DNA from: Candidatus Rokuibacteriota bacterium
GTDB lineage: Bacteria > Methylomirabilota > Methylomirabilia > Rokubacteriales > CSP1-6
NCBI GenBank assembly: GCA_016184305.1
Contig: JACPCX010000149.1
Coordinates: forward strand, 1 to 21,264
Length of the DNA stretch: 21,264 nt
Direction: 5' to 3'
Shown piece after piece: positions 1 through 8,617 of this stretch. The notes below the pieces were generated by a model that had not been told where the DNA came from, ran no database searches, and was given only the letters and a program-made list of their open reading frames with translations. Position 1 is the stretch's first letter. The number at the start of each line of letters is the position of its first letter. The position numbers were made by a program, and so were the translations under genes.

Positions 1-2
1 CG

Positions 3-1016
3 GTGGTGGGGATCGACGCCGACCGCCGCGTGGTCCGTCTCGCCGGCGGCGCGCAGCTCCCGTGGGATCGGCTGCTCGTCGCCTCGGGCTCCGAGCCGGT
101 GGCGCCGGCGCTCCTGAATCCGGACGGGGTGCCCCTCTACACCTTCACCCGCCTCGCCGACCTGCGGGCCCTTCGCGCCCGCCTCGACGGCACCCGGACA
201 GTTGCCGTGCTCGGTGCCGGGCTCATCGGGATGGAGCTGGCTGAAGCGCTGGTGCATCGCTCCACGGGCGCGAACGTGACGGTGGTCGAGCAGGAGCCTC
301 AGGTGCTGCCGGTTGCCTTCAGCCGGGAGGACGCCGACAGCGTCCGCGATCTGTTCCAGAGCCGCGGGGTGCGATTCCGGCTCGGGTGCCGCGCGGTGGC
401 CCTCGAGCGACGGGGCGCCGCAGCGGTGGTGACGCTCTCGGACGGCAGCGCGCTCGAGGTGGATCTCGTGGTGGCCTGTGTCGGCGTCAGGCCGCGCCTC
501 GGTTTCCTCGACCGCTCGGGGCTCGCGGCGCGCCGCGGGCTCTCCGTGGACCCCCGCATGGCGACGAGCGTTCCCGGCATTTATGCCGCCGGCGACGTCG
601 CCGAGGGGCCGAGCGCCGACGGGACGATCGGCTGCCATGCCGTGCTGCCGACGGCGGCGGGGCAGGGACGAGTGGCCGGGGCGAACATGGCGGAGCGCCG
701 GGTCGAGCACGAAGGGTGGCTTCCCGCCAATGTCTTCAGCTTCTTCGGGCGGCTGCTCGTCAGCGCGGGCGTCACCGAGGCGGGCGAGGGCCATGCGCGC
801 CTCGAGCGCGTCTGGGACGGCCGGCGAGGCCGGCTGTTGCTGGACGGTGACCGGCTCGTGGGGGCAAGCTTCGCCGGGATGCCGGCCGACCCCGGCGCAC
901 TCTGCTGGCTGATCCGCGAGCGCGTCCCCGTGAAGACGCACGCGGACCTCTTGCTCGATCGCCCACTCGAGGCCTCGCGCTGGCTGGCGGCCCGGACCCA
1001 GCGCGGAGCGGCATGA
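3..1016 (+). CDS. padH: FAD/NAD(P)-dependent pyridine nucleotide-disulfide oxidoreductase, likely epsilon subunit of a phenylglyoxylate-dehydrogenase-type 2-oxoacid oxidoreductase (5'-partial)
   Basis: LLVASGS, NAD-binding VLGAGLIGME and second FAD motif TSVPGIYAAGD. Stop overlaps the start of the downstream ferredoxin-fused TPP beta subunit (ATGA), matching padH-padI order. The ORF is open at the window edge. The symbol rests on context, not an alignment. Confidence 0.7.
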   Translation: MVGIDADRRVVRLAGGAQLPWDRLLVASGSEPVAPALLNPDGVPLYTFTRLADLRALRARLDGTRTVAVLGAGLIGMELAEALVHRSTGANVTVVEQEPQVLPVAFSREDADSVRDLFQSRGVRFRLGCRAVALERRGAAAVVTLSDGSALEVDLVVACVGVRPRLGFLDRSGLAARRGLSVDPRMATSVPGIYAAGDVAEGPSADGTIGCHAVLPTAAGQGRVAGANMAERRVEHEGWLPANVFSFFGRLLVSAGVTEAGEGHARLERVWDGRRGRLLLDGDRLVGASFAGMPADPGALCWLIRERVPVKTHADLLLDRPLEASRWLAARTQRGAA

Positions 1017-2359
1017 TGGCCACGCTGACGCTCCCGGTGCTCCACGACACGCTGACAGCCGAGTGGGGCGCCTGCCCATCCGGCTGCCACGCCTGCGTGG
1101 ACGCCTGTGCGGACCACCGCGCCGTGCCGCGGATCGCCACCCTCGACCTGCCGCTTGTCTCCTTCCACGGGGCCGTCGTCTGCGGTCAATGCGGCGAGCC
1201 CGCCTGCCGCGATGCCTGCCCGACGGGCGCCATCACGAGGGAGGAGACGGGCGTGGTGCGTCTGGACGAGGGGCGCTGCGTCGGCTGCGGCGCCTGCGCC
1301 GTGGCCTGCGTCTGGGGCGGCATCACCCTCGATCCGCAGAGCGGGCGGGCCGCCAAGTGCGACACCTGCGCCGGCCGCCCCGCCTGCGCCGGGGCCTGTC
1401 CGACCGGGACCCTGCGCTGGGTCGAGACCTCCGGGCTGCTGCGGCACTTCGGCCACCCGGATCCTTTCACCAAGGGCGTGAGCCTTTGCCCGGGCTGCGC
1501 GGCCGAGCTCGGCTTCCGCATGGCCTTCCGGGTGATCGGCCCGGACGCGGTGGTCTTCGCGGCTCCCGGCTGCGCCTGCATGCTCGCCTGTGGCCTCGGG
1601 ACGGCGGCCACCACGCGGCTGCCGAGCGTCATGTCGCTCATGACCAATGTCCCGTCGCTCATGACGGGCGTGGCGCGCCAGCTCAAGCGCTCGGGCGCGC
1701 GCACGCGCTGCGTCGCCTTCGCGGGCGACGGCACGACGGCGGACGTGGGGTTCCAGCCGCTGTCCGGCGCGGCCGAGCGCGGGGAGCATATCGTCTACAT
1801 CTGCTACGACAACGAGGGGTACATGAACACGGGCGTTCAGCGGAGCAGCACGACGCTCCAGGGTGCCCGGACCATGACCACCCCGGTGGGGCCGGGGCGC
1901 GCGGGGAAGCCCCAGGCCCCGAAGGATGTGGCGGTGCTGATGGCGATGCACGCGACGGCCTACGTGGCCACGGCCAGCGTATCCCATCCGGAGGACTTCG
2001 CCATCAAGCTCCAGCGCGCCCTCGCCGTCGAGGACGGGCTCGCTTACATTCACCTCTACGCGCCCTGTCACGTGGGCTGGCAGGCGCCGATGGATTCGGC
2101 GCTGGAGATTGCCCGGCTCGCCGTGGAGACGCGCGTGTTCCCGCTCTGGGAAGCGCGCCGCGGCCGGTTCCGGCTGACTCACCCGATCCCGCAGCCGCGC
2201 CCGCTCGAGGACTTTGCGGGGCTCATGGGCCGGCTGCGTCACCTCGGTCCCACCGGCCTCGAGACGCTGGCCCGCACGGTCGAGGAGCGCTACCGCCGCG
2301 TGGAAGCGCTGTGTTCCGCGCTGCCGTGGGAGGCGCCGGGCGCCGACGATGAGCAGTAG
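1013..2359 (+). CDS. padI: 4Fe-4S polyferredoxin fused to a TPP-binding 2-oxoacid oxidoreductase beta subunit (PadI-like)
   Basis: N-terminal Cys groups CPSGCHACVDAC, CGQCGEPACRDACP, CVGCGACAVAC, CDTC..PACAGACP (DmsB/HydN-like). C-terminal PorB-type CPGC, GC, TPP motif GDGTTADVGFQ...YDNEGYMNTG and APC. This fusion is characteristic of PadI. Confidence 0.8.
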   Translation: MMATLTLPVLHDTLTAEWGACPSGCHACVDACADHRAVPRIATLDLPLVSFHGAVVCGQCGEPACRDACPTGAITREETGVVRLDEGRCVGCGACAVACVWGGITLDPQSGRAAKCDTCAGRPACAGACPTGTLRWVETSGLLRHFGHPDPFTKGVSLCPGCAAELGFRMAFRVIGPDAVVFAAPGCACMLACGLGTAATTRLPSVMSLMTNVPSLMTGVARQLKRSGARTRCVAFAGDGTTADVGFQPLSGAAERGEHIVYICYDNEGYMNTGVQRSSTTLQGARTMTTPVGPGRAGKPQAPKDVAVLMAMHATAYVATASVSHPEDFAIKLQRALAVEDGLAYIHLYAPCHVGWQAPMDSALEIARLAVETRVFPLWEARRGRFRLTHPIPQPRPLEDFAGLMGRLRHLGPTGLETLARTVEERYRRVEALCSALPWEAPGADDEQ

Positions 2360-3080
2360 CGTGTTCAACCGGAACCTCCCGCTCTGGTATCAGCTGTCGC
2401 AGATGCTCCGCTCGGAGATCCTGGGCGGCCAGCTCGCCGCCGGGGACCGGGTGCCGCCCGAGGTGGAGCTCGCCAGGCGCCACGGGGTGAGCGTGGTCAC
2501 GGTCCGGCAGGCGCTGCGGGCGCTGGATGAGGAGGGGCTGATCTCGCGCCAGCGGGGGCGGGGGACCTTCGTGACGCCCGGGCCCCATCACCACAAGGAG
2601 CTCCGGGTCATGGGCTCCGTCGAGTCGGTGATCGCCCAGCAGTACAGCCAGGAGACCGACGTGCTGGAGCAGAGCGTCGTCCCCGTGCCGCCGGCGCTGG
2701 CCCGGTACTTCGGGGACGAGCGGGAGCTCTGCTTCTTCCGCCGGCTGCGCCGCGACCAGGGCATGCCGCTCAGCTACGCGCTCAACCACGTCCTGCCCGA
2801 GTACGGCAGCCAGATCGATGCCACGATGCTCAGGCGCGACCCGATGCTCAAGATCATGCGCGACGTCCTCGGCGTCAAGCTCTCCGACGTGCACATCTCC
2901 ATCGAGGCACAGCGCGCGACCCAGGACATCGCCGGGCCTCTGGGCGTGGATGTGTTCAGCCCCGTGCTGTTCTTCTCGGGCGTGGTCCTGGACATGCGGC
3001 GCCGGGTCGTGGACGTGGCCTGGATCTACTACCGCGCCGATCGGTTCACCTTTACCCTCGACCTCGACGTCCGCCGCTAG
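2349..3080 (+). CDS. GntR-family transcriptional regulator, HutC/UTRA subfamily (243 aa)
   Basis: wHTH PLWYQL...RVPPEVELARRHGVSVVTVRQAL...RGRGTFV, then a UTRA-like C-terminal domain ending YYRADRFTF. ATG at 2349 overlaps the end of the padI-like gene; the ORF-track start at 2214 is too far upstream. Confidence 0.9.
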   Translation: MSSSVFNRNLPLWYQLSQMLRSEILGGQLAAGDRVPPEVELARRHGVSVVTVRQALRALDEEGLISRQRGRGTFVTPGPHHHKELRVMGSVESVIAQQYSQETDVLEQSVVPVPPALARYFGDERELCFFRRLRRDQGMPLSYALNHVLPEYGSQIDATMLRRDPMLKIMRDVLGVKLSDVHISIEAQRATQDIAGPLGVDVFSPVLFFSGVVLDMRRRVVDVAWIYYRADRFTFTLDLDVRR

Positions 3081-3204
3081 TGCCGGGCCAACTGACTTCG
3101 CCATACTTCGTTCTCGGTCGTCGCCAGCGCTCAACGTACACCCACGTACGCCTCGCGCTGGCTCCTCCCTCGGGCCTCGTCTGGCTCGTCATTTGGCCCG
3201 GCAC
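3080..3204. repeat. ~125-bp nested palindromic intergenic element (MITE/REP-like)
   Basis: Terminal inverted repeat GTGCCGGGCCAAcTGAC (3080-3096) / GTCAtTTGGCCCGGCAC (3188-3204), 16 of 17 matching. Inner arms GCCAGCGC (3123-3130) / GCGCTGGC (3155-3162) and CGTAC (3135-3139) / GTACG (3146-3150). Confidence 0.7.
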
Positions 3205-3227
3205 GATGGGGCTGTCGGCACGCTAGC

Positions 3228-4046
3228 ATGCCCTGCGGCGCGGCGCGCAGCCTTACCGTCAACGCCCTTGCCCTCGAGATCGCCGAGTGGGGGCGCGGCG
3301 ACGCGCGCCCGCTGCTGCTGCACTCGCTGGCGGCCCACCTGCACTGGTGGGACTGGACCGCGCCCCTGTGGGCGCCAGGGCACCACGTCGTGGCGCTGGA
3401 CTTCCGCGGGCATGGCGGCAGCGCCCATGCGGACCCGCCGGCCTATGGGTTCGACGCGCACGCCTCCGACGCGGCGGCGGTCCTGTCGGCGCTCTCGCCC
3501 GACCGCGTTGTGCTGATCGGCCACTCCATGGGCGCTTTCGTGGGCGCCCTGGTCGCCGCCCGGTATCCGGAGCGCGTCGAGGCTCTCGTGATGGCCGACA
3601 TGCTGTCGGGTTGGACTGCCGAGCAGGCCGCCGCCGCCGAGCGGCAGGCGGGACGGCCGCCCGCGGACTTCGCGACGCGAGAAGGAGCGGGCGCCCGCTT
3701 CAGGCTCCAGCCGCCCGAGACGACGGCGACTGTCGAGATGCTGCGTCACCTGGGTGAGGCGGGTGTCAGAGAGACGGCCCCCGGGGTGTGGAGACTCGCC
3801 TTCGACCGGGCGGTGTTCCGGCATCCGCCGGTGGACCCGTGGCCCTTTCTCCCGGACATCCGCTGCCCGACCCTCGTGATCCACGGGGAGGGGAGCCGGA
3901 TCATGGACCGCGGGGCGGCCGAGCGCGTCGCCGCGGCGATCCCGCGCGCGAGCGTCTCCACGCTGCCCGGCGCCTTCCACCACCTGGCGCTCGACGCGCC
4001 GGGGGACTTCGCGGCCGCGATCGACGAATGGATGACGACCCTCTGA
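3228..4046 (+). CDS. Alpha/beta fold hydrolase
   Basis: ALDFRGHGGS, nucleophile elbow GHSMG, CPTLVIHG and C-terminal catalytic His region (GAFHHL). Confidence 0.88.
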   Translation: MPCGAARSLTVNALALEIAEWGRGDARPLLLHSLAAHLHWWDWTAPLWAPGHHVVALDFRGHGGSAHADPPAYGFDAHASDAAAVLSALSPDRVVLIGHSMGAFVGALVAARYPERVEALVMADMLSGWTAEQAAAAERQAGRPPADFATREGAGARFRLQPPETTATVEMLRHLGEAGVRETAPGVWRLAFDRAVFRHPPVDPWPFLPDIRCPTLVIHGEGSRIMDRGAAERVAAAIPRASVSTLPGAFHHLALDAPGDFAAAIDEWMTTL

Positions 4047-4057
4047 GGGAGGTTGAC

Positions 4058-6022
4058 ATGGATCTCAGTGGACCGGGAATCAAGAAGTACGGGCATCTCT
4101 TCGAGCCGTTCCGGGTCGGCACGTTCACCCTCAGGAACCGCGTCAAGTACGCGGCCTGCTCGGTGTCGAACTTCAACACGGAGGACGGTTTCATCACGGA
4201 CCGCGAGTACGCGCGGATGGACGTGATCGCGCGCACCGGCTGCGGGCTCATCACGAACCAGGGGGCCTACCCGGATCCGAGGGGCGAGGGCAAGGCCTAC
4301 ATGCGCCAGCTCTCCATCTCCGATGACCGGTACGTGCCCGGGCTCCGGAAGATCGCCGACATGCTGCGCGCGGGCGGCGCCGTGGCCATCCAGCAGATCC
4401 TCCACGGCGGGCGCTACGGCGGCATCAACCTCGCCTATGCGCTGCAGCCCTCGGCCACGCCCCAGACGCTGCGGCACTTCCGCAAGCCGAAGGAGATGTC
4501 CGTGGAGGAGATCCGCGGCATCATCCAGCAGCATGCGGAGGCCGCCGCGCGGGCGATGGACGCGGGCTTCGACGGCGTGGAGCACACGGCCTTCATGGGG
4601 TATCTCCTGGCCAACTTCCTCTCGAGCTTCACGAACAAGCGGGACGACCAGTACGGCGGCTCGGTGGAGAACCGCGCCCGCTTCCTGATCGAGCTGCTCG
4701 ACGCCACCCGCCGGGCCATCGGGAAGGACGCCATGATGGTCGTGCGCCTCAACGGCGAGGAGCTGATGGACGAGTTCGGCGGCTCCACGCCCGAGGAGTG
4801 CGTGGAGTTCATGCGGCTCGGCGAGCAGGCGGGCGTGGACATGATCAGCATCGTGGTGGGCTGGCACGAGGCGCGCAAGGGCGCCCTGGGGCGCGACGTG
4901 CCCACGGACGGCTGGCTGCCGCTGGCCATCCGCGCCAAGGCCGCGGTGAAGATCCCGGTGGCCTTCGGGCCGCGCTTCGGCGACCCCGTGATGGCGAACG
5001 AGGCCATCGCCGCGGGGAAGATCGATCTCTGGGAGGTGTGCCGGCCGTTCCTGGCAGACCCCATGCTGCTGCACAAGACGGCCGAGGACCGCGTGGAGGA
5101 GATCCGCCCGTGCGTGGGCGGTCTCCTGTGCCTGTCGCGCATGTTCCGCGACCTGCCGTACAACTGCGCCATGAACCGGCGGCTGTCGCACGAGTACGAG
5201 CCGCAGTACGATGTGCGGCCCGCGCCTGCCCCGAAGCGGGTGCTCGTGGTCGGCGGCGGCCCGGCGGGGCTCGAGGCGGCGAAGATCGCCGCCGAGCGCG
5301 GGCATCAGGTCACGCTGGTGGAGAAGCGCTCCCGGCTCGGCGGTCAGCTCGTCCACGCCTCCAAGGAGGTGGACGGCGGCTACATCTGGCCCCGGCTGAT
5401 CCGCTACTACGAGACGCAGCTGGCCCGCCACGGCGTGCAGGTGAGGCTCGGCGAGGAGATGACGCGCGAGCTCTGCGACCGGATGAAGCCCGATGCCATC
5501 GTGGTGGCCACGGGCGCGGCCCTCGACGTCCGGGGCCGCTATCCCACCGACGGCGGGACGCTGGCCGACGTGTACGACGTGCTCGAGGATCGGATCCCCG
5601 TGGGGCAGCGGGTCGTCGTGCTGAGCGGCGAGCGCGCCGGGCTCGTCTGCGCGGAATACCTGTCGGCCCAGGGCAAGCAGGTGACGATCGTGGAGCCGAG
5701 CGACAGGATCGCCTCGGACGTCATCCCCACCTTCCGGTGGCGGCACCTGGCCTGGGTGAGGGAGTACGGCATCGAGACGGTGATCGGGGCCCGCGTGGAG
5801 GGGGTCACGCGGGAAGGCGTGGATGTCGTCGGCAAGGACGGGGCGCGGCGCCTGATCTTAGCCGACACCGTGATCGCGGCGGGGCCTCGCGGCTCGGTGC
5901 AGGCGCTGGTGGACGGGCTCGAGTTCTCCGGCGACGAGATGTACATCGCCGGCGACGTGATCCGGCCTCGCGCGGTCCACAACGCGGTCCGGGAGGGGTT
6001 CCTGGCAGGCGTGCGCATCTAG
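4058..6022 (+). CDS. Old yellow enzyme-family FMN/Fe-S/FAD oxidoreductase, 2,4-dienoyl-CoA reductase-like architecture (654 aa)
   Basis: RBS GGGAGG (4047-4052) before ATG 4058. LFEPF..LRNR, QILHGGRY, AGFDGVE, NKRDDQYGGSVENRARF, Cys cluster region, then VLVVGGGPAGLEAA and YIAGD. Confidence 0.9.
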   Translation: MDLSGPGIKKYGHLFEPFRVGTFTLRNRVKYAACSVSNFNTEDGFITDREYARMDVIARTGCGLITNQGAYPDPRGEGKAYMRQLSISDDRYVPGLRKIADMLRAGGAVAIQQILHGGRYGGINLAYALQPSATPQTLRHFRKPKEMSVEEIRGIIQQHAEAAARAMDAGFDGVEHTAFMGYLLANFLSSFTNKRDDQYGGSVENRARFLIELLDATRRAIGKDAMMVVRLNGEELMDEFGGSTPEECVEFMRLGEQAGVDMISIVVGWHEARKGALGRDVPTDGWLPLAIRAKAAVKIPVAFGPRFGDPVMANEAIAAGKIDLWEVCRPFLADPMLLHKTAEDRVEEIRPCVGGLLCLSRMFRDLPYNCAMNRRLSHEYEPQYDVRPAPAPKRVLVVGGGPAGLEAAKIAAERGHQVTLVEKRSRLGGQLVHASKEVDGGYIWPRLIRYYETQLARHGVQVRLGEEMTRELCDRMKPDAIVVATGAALDVRGRYPTDGGTLADVYDVLEDRIPVGQRVVVLSGERAGLVCAEYLSAQGKQVTIVEPSDRIASDVIPTFRWRHLAWVREYGIETVIGARVEGVTREGVDVVGKDGARRLILADTVIAAGPRGSVQALVDGLEFSGDEMYIAGDVIRPRAVHNAVREGFLAGVRI

Positions 6023-6043
6023 CAGGCCGCCCCGGCGCGGCCC

Positions 6044-6073
6044 TTGACAGCCGGGGCGCGCCTCTCCTAGCAT
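6044..6073 (+). promoter_or_regulatory. Sigma70-type promoter for the SDR/XRE/oxidase/ABC operon
   Basis: TTGACA (6044-6049), 18-bp spacer, TAGCAT (6068-6073), in an intergenic gap upstream of RBS GAGGAGG (6132-6138). Confidence 0.65.
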
Positions 6074-6083
6074 GTTGAATCGT

Positions 6084-6100
6084 GTTTCCTGAAGGGAAAC
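6084..6100. promoter_or_regulatory. Palindromic operator candidate GTTTCC-N5-GGAAAC
   Basis: Perfect 6-bp inverted repeat about 10 bp downstream of the -10 box, AT-rich against a GC-rich background, at a typical repressor position. Confidence 0.55.
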
Positions 6101-6143
6101 GGCACGCAATGAGCGTCCACACACCCCCCTCGAGGAGGCCCAG

Positions 6144-6914
6144 GTGAGCGACCTGTTTTCCATTCGAGGCAAGGTGGCGGTGGTGACGGGCGGCTCGCGC
6201 GGGATCGGCCTGATGATCGCGCGCGGCTTCGTCCGCCACGGCGCCAGGGTCTACATCTCGTCGCGCCGGAAAGACGTCTGCGATCGGGTCGCCGCGGAGC
6301 TCTCGGGCGAGGGGACCTGCGTGTCGCTGCCCGCGGATCTGTCCGCCGAGGCGGAGGCCAGGCGCCTGGCGCAGGAGATCGGCGCGCGCGAGCCGGCGCT
6401 GCACATCCTCGTGAACAATGCCGGCGCCACCTGGGGCGCCCCGCTCGCCGAGTACCCGGAGTCGGCCTGGGACAAGGTGCTGGCGATCAACGTCAAGGCG
6501 GTCTTCCACCTCACCCAGGCGCTTCTCCCGCTGCTGGAGAAGGGCGGTAGGCCGGGCGATCCGGCGCGCGTCATCAACATCGGCTCCATCGACGGGCTTC
6601 GCGTCCCCCAGTTCGAGAGCTATGCCTACTCCGCGAGCAAGGCCGCCGTGCACCATCTCACGCGGGCGCTGGCCGTCCGGCTCGCGGCTCATGGCGTCAC
6701 GGTCAACGCCATCGCGCCGGGTCCGTTCGAGAGCAAGATGATGGCCGAGACCTTGAGCCAGTTCCGCGACGCCATCGTCGCGGCCTGTCCGCTGGGGCGC
6801 ATCGGCGAGCCCGAGGACATGGCGGGCGCGGCGATCTTCCTGGCCTCCCGCGCCGGGGCCTACCTGACGGGGACGGTGATTCCGGTGGACGGCGGACTCT
6901 CGATCCGGCCCTGA
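6144..6914 (+). CDS. Short-chain dehydrogenase/reductase (classical SDR, RhlG-like subgroup)
   Basis: TGGSRGIG, NNAG, catalytic YSASK, VNAIAPG and PVDGG. GTG start with RBS GAGGAGG. Confidence 0.92.
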   Translation: MSDLFSIRGKVAVVTGGSRGIGLMIARGFVRHGARVYISSRRKDVCDRVAAELSGEGTCVSLPADLSAEAEARRLAQEIGAREPALHILVNNAGATWGAPLAEYPESAWDKVLAINVKAVFHLTQALLPLLEKGGRPGDPARVINIGSIDGLRVPQFESYAYSASKAAVHHLTRALAVRLAAHGVTVNAIAPGPFESKMMAETLSQFRDAIVAACPLGRIGEPEDMAGAAIFLASRAGAYLTGTVIPVDGGLSIRP

Positions 6915-6929
6915 CGGAACCGGCACCCC

Positions 6930-7493
6930 ATGCACCCTCCCTCACTCCCGCGGCAGGTGGGCGCGCGGCTCAGGCGGCTGCGACGGGCCAGCGGGTTGAG
7001 CCTCGATGCCGTCGCCGCCGCGGCGGGCACCTCCAAGAGCCTCCTGAGCAAGATCGAGAACGGCAAGATCTCCTCGCCCATCTCGACGTACTCCCGCGTC
7101 GCCTCGGCCCTGGGCTCGACGGTGGGCGATCTGTTCGGGGAGGGCGACGGCCGCCCCTGCGTCCTGGTCAGGCGCGACGAGCGCAAGCCCACCTCCGGGC
7201 GGGCGAGCCGCTTCGGCTACACCTACGAGGCCCTGGGTCACAAGAAGCGCGACAAGCGCATGGAGCCCTTCCTCCTGCGCTACCCGGCGGGGCTCGCGGC
7301 GGCGCCCTCCTTCACCCACGACGGCGAGGAGTTCCTGTTTCTCCTCCAGGGGCGGCTCGAGTTCGTCCACGGTGGCGACCGCTTCGTGCTGGGGCCCGGC
7401 GACTGCCTGTATCTCGACGGCCGGGTGCCTCATGGGGGACGGGCCCTCGGCCGCCGGGAGGCGGTGGCCGTGGTGGTGTCGGCGCCGGCATGA
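6930..7493 (+). CDS. XRE-family HTH regulator with C-terminal cupin (PuuR/SutR-like)
   Basis: LRRLRR..GLSL..VA..AGTSKSLLSKIENGK HTH. Cupin motifs FTHDGEEFLFLLQG and GDCLYLDGRVPH. Confidence 0.92.
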   Translation: MHPPSLPRQVGARLRRLRRASGLSLDAVAAAAGTSKSLLSKIENGKISSPISTYSRVASALGSTVGDLFGEGDGRPCVLVRRDERKPTSGRASRFGYTYEALGHKKRDKRMEPFLLRYPAGLAAAPSFTHDGEEFLFLLQGRLEFVHGGDRFVLGPGDCLYLDGRVPHGGRALGRREAVAVVVSAPA

Positions 7494-8617
7494 CCGCGGT
7501 CGCCCGGGACGTGGACATCGTCATCGTCGGTGGTGGCATCGTGGGCGCGTCCTGCGCGTACTTCCTGGCGGAGCGGGGGGCGGAGGTGCTCCTCCTGGAG
7601 GCCGGGCGCATCGGCCGCGAGGCCTCGGGCGTGAACGCGGGCGGGGTGCGCCAGCAGGCGCGGGCACTTCCGGAGATGCCGCTGGCGCTGGAGTCGGTAC
7701 GGCTCTGGGCCGATCTCGAGCGCAGGCTCGAGGTCCCGCTCGAGTACGAGCGGTGCGGGGACCTGCGGATCGTGGAGAGCGCGGAAGACGCCGCGCGGCT
7801 CCGCGCCGTGGCCGCCAGGGAGAGGGAGACGGGGCTCGCGCTCGAGTGGGTGGACGGCGCTGCCCTGCGCGCGCTGGTGCCCAGCATCGCGCCAGGCGTG
7901 CTCGGCGGGACCTTCTGCCCCACCGGGGGACAGGCCAACCCGCTGCGCGTGGCGGCGGCCATCGGACGGCGCGCGCGGGATCTCGGGGCGATCGTCTGGG
8001 AGGGCTGCTCCGTCCGGGCGCTGGCGCGGGACGGGGAGGGCTTCGCGCTCGACTGCGCCCATGGGCGCCTGCGGGCGAGCCGCGTGGTGCTGGCGGCGGG
8101 GGCGTGGACGCCGATCGTGGCCGAGGGTCTCGGGGCTCGGCTGCCCATCTCGCTCTTCGTCCCCCAGATGCAGGCGACGGTGCCGCTGCCACGCGTGCTG
8201 GGGACGGTGCTGCTCGGGTTCACGCGCAAGCTCAGCATGAAGCAGATGCGGAGCGGCGCCGTGCTGGTCGGAGGGGGGAAGCGGGGCTGGGGCGATCTCG
8301 TGACCCGCGCCAAGGGGCTCGCCGCCGAGAGCATGCGGCTCGGGGCGGTGGACGCGGTGGACGTGCTGCCGCTCCTCGGGCGCACGGAGACCACACGGAC
8401 CTGGGTGGGCCTCGAGGGGCTCACGTCCGACGAGATGCCCATCATCGACTGTCTCGAGACGGACCGGGTGTACGTCGCCGCGGGCTTCAGCGGCCACGGA
8501 TTCGCCATCGGTCCCGTGGTGGGACGGCTGCTCGCCGAGTGGCTGCTCGATGGCACGCCGTCCATGGATGTGTCGGCGTTCAGGCTCAACAGGTTTCCAA
8601 CAGGAGGACTCTCATGA
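7490..8617 (+). CDS. FAD-dependent DAO-family oxidoreductase (opine dehydrogenase / sarcosine oxidase beta-like), paralogue 1
   Basis: IVGGGIVG, EASGVNAGGVR, VLAAGAW and AAGFSGHGFAIGPVVG. ATGA overlap with the XRE gene. Confidence 0.88.
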   Translation: MTAVARDVDIVIVGGGIVGASCAYFLAERGAEVLLLEAGRIGREASGVNAGGVRQQARALPEMPLALESVRLWADLERRLEVPLEYERCGDLRIVESAEDAARLRAVAARERETGLALEWVDGAALRALVPSIAPGVLGGTFCPTGGQANPLRVAAAIGRRARDLGAIVWEGCSVRALARDGEGFALDCAHGRLRASRVVLAAGAWTPIVAEGLGARLPISLFVPQMQATVPLPRVLGTVLLGFTRKLSMKQMRSGAVLVGGGKRGWGDLVTRAKGLAAESMRLGAVDAVDVLPLLGRTETTRTWVGLEGLTSDEMPIIDCLETDRVYVAAGFSGHGFAIGPVVGRLLAEWLLDGTPSMDVSAFRLNRFPTGGLS

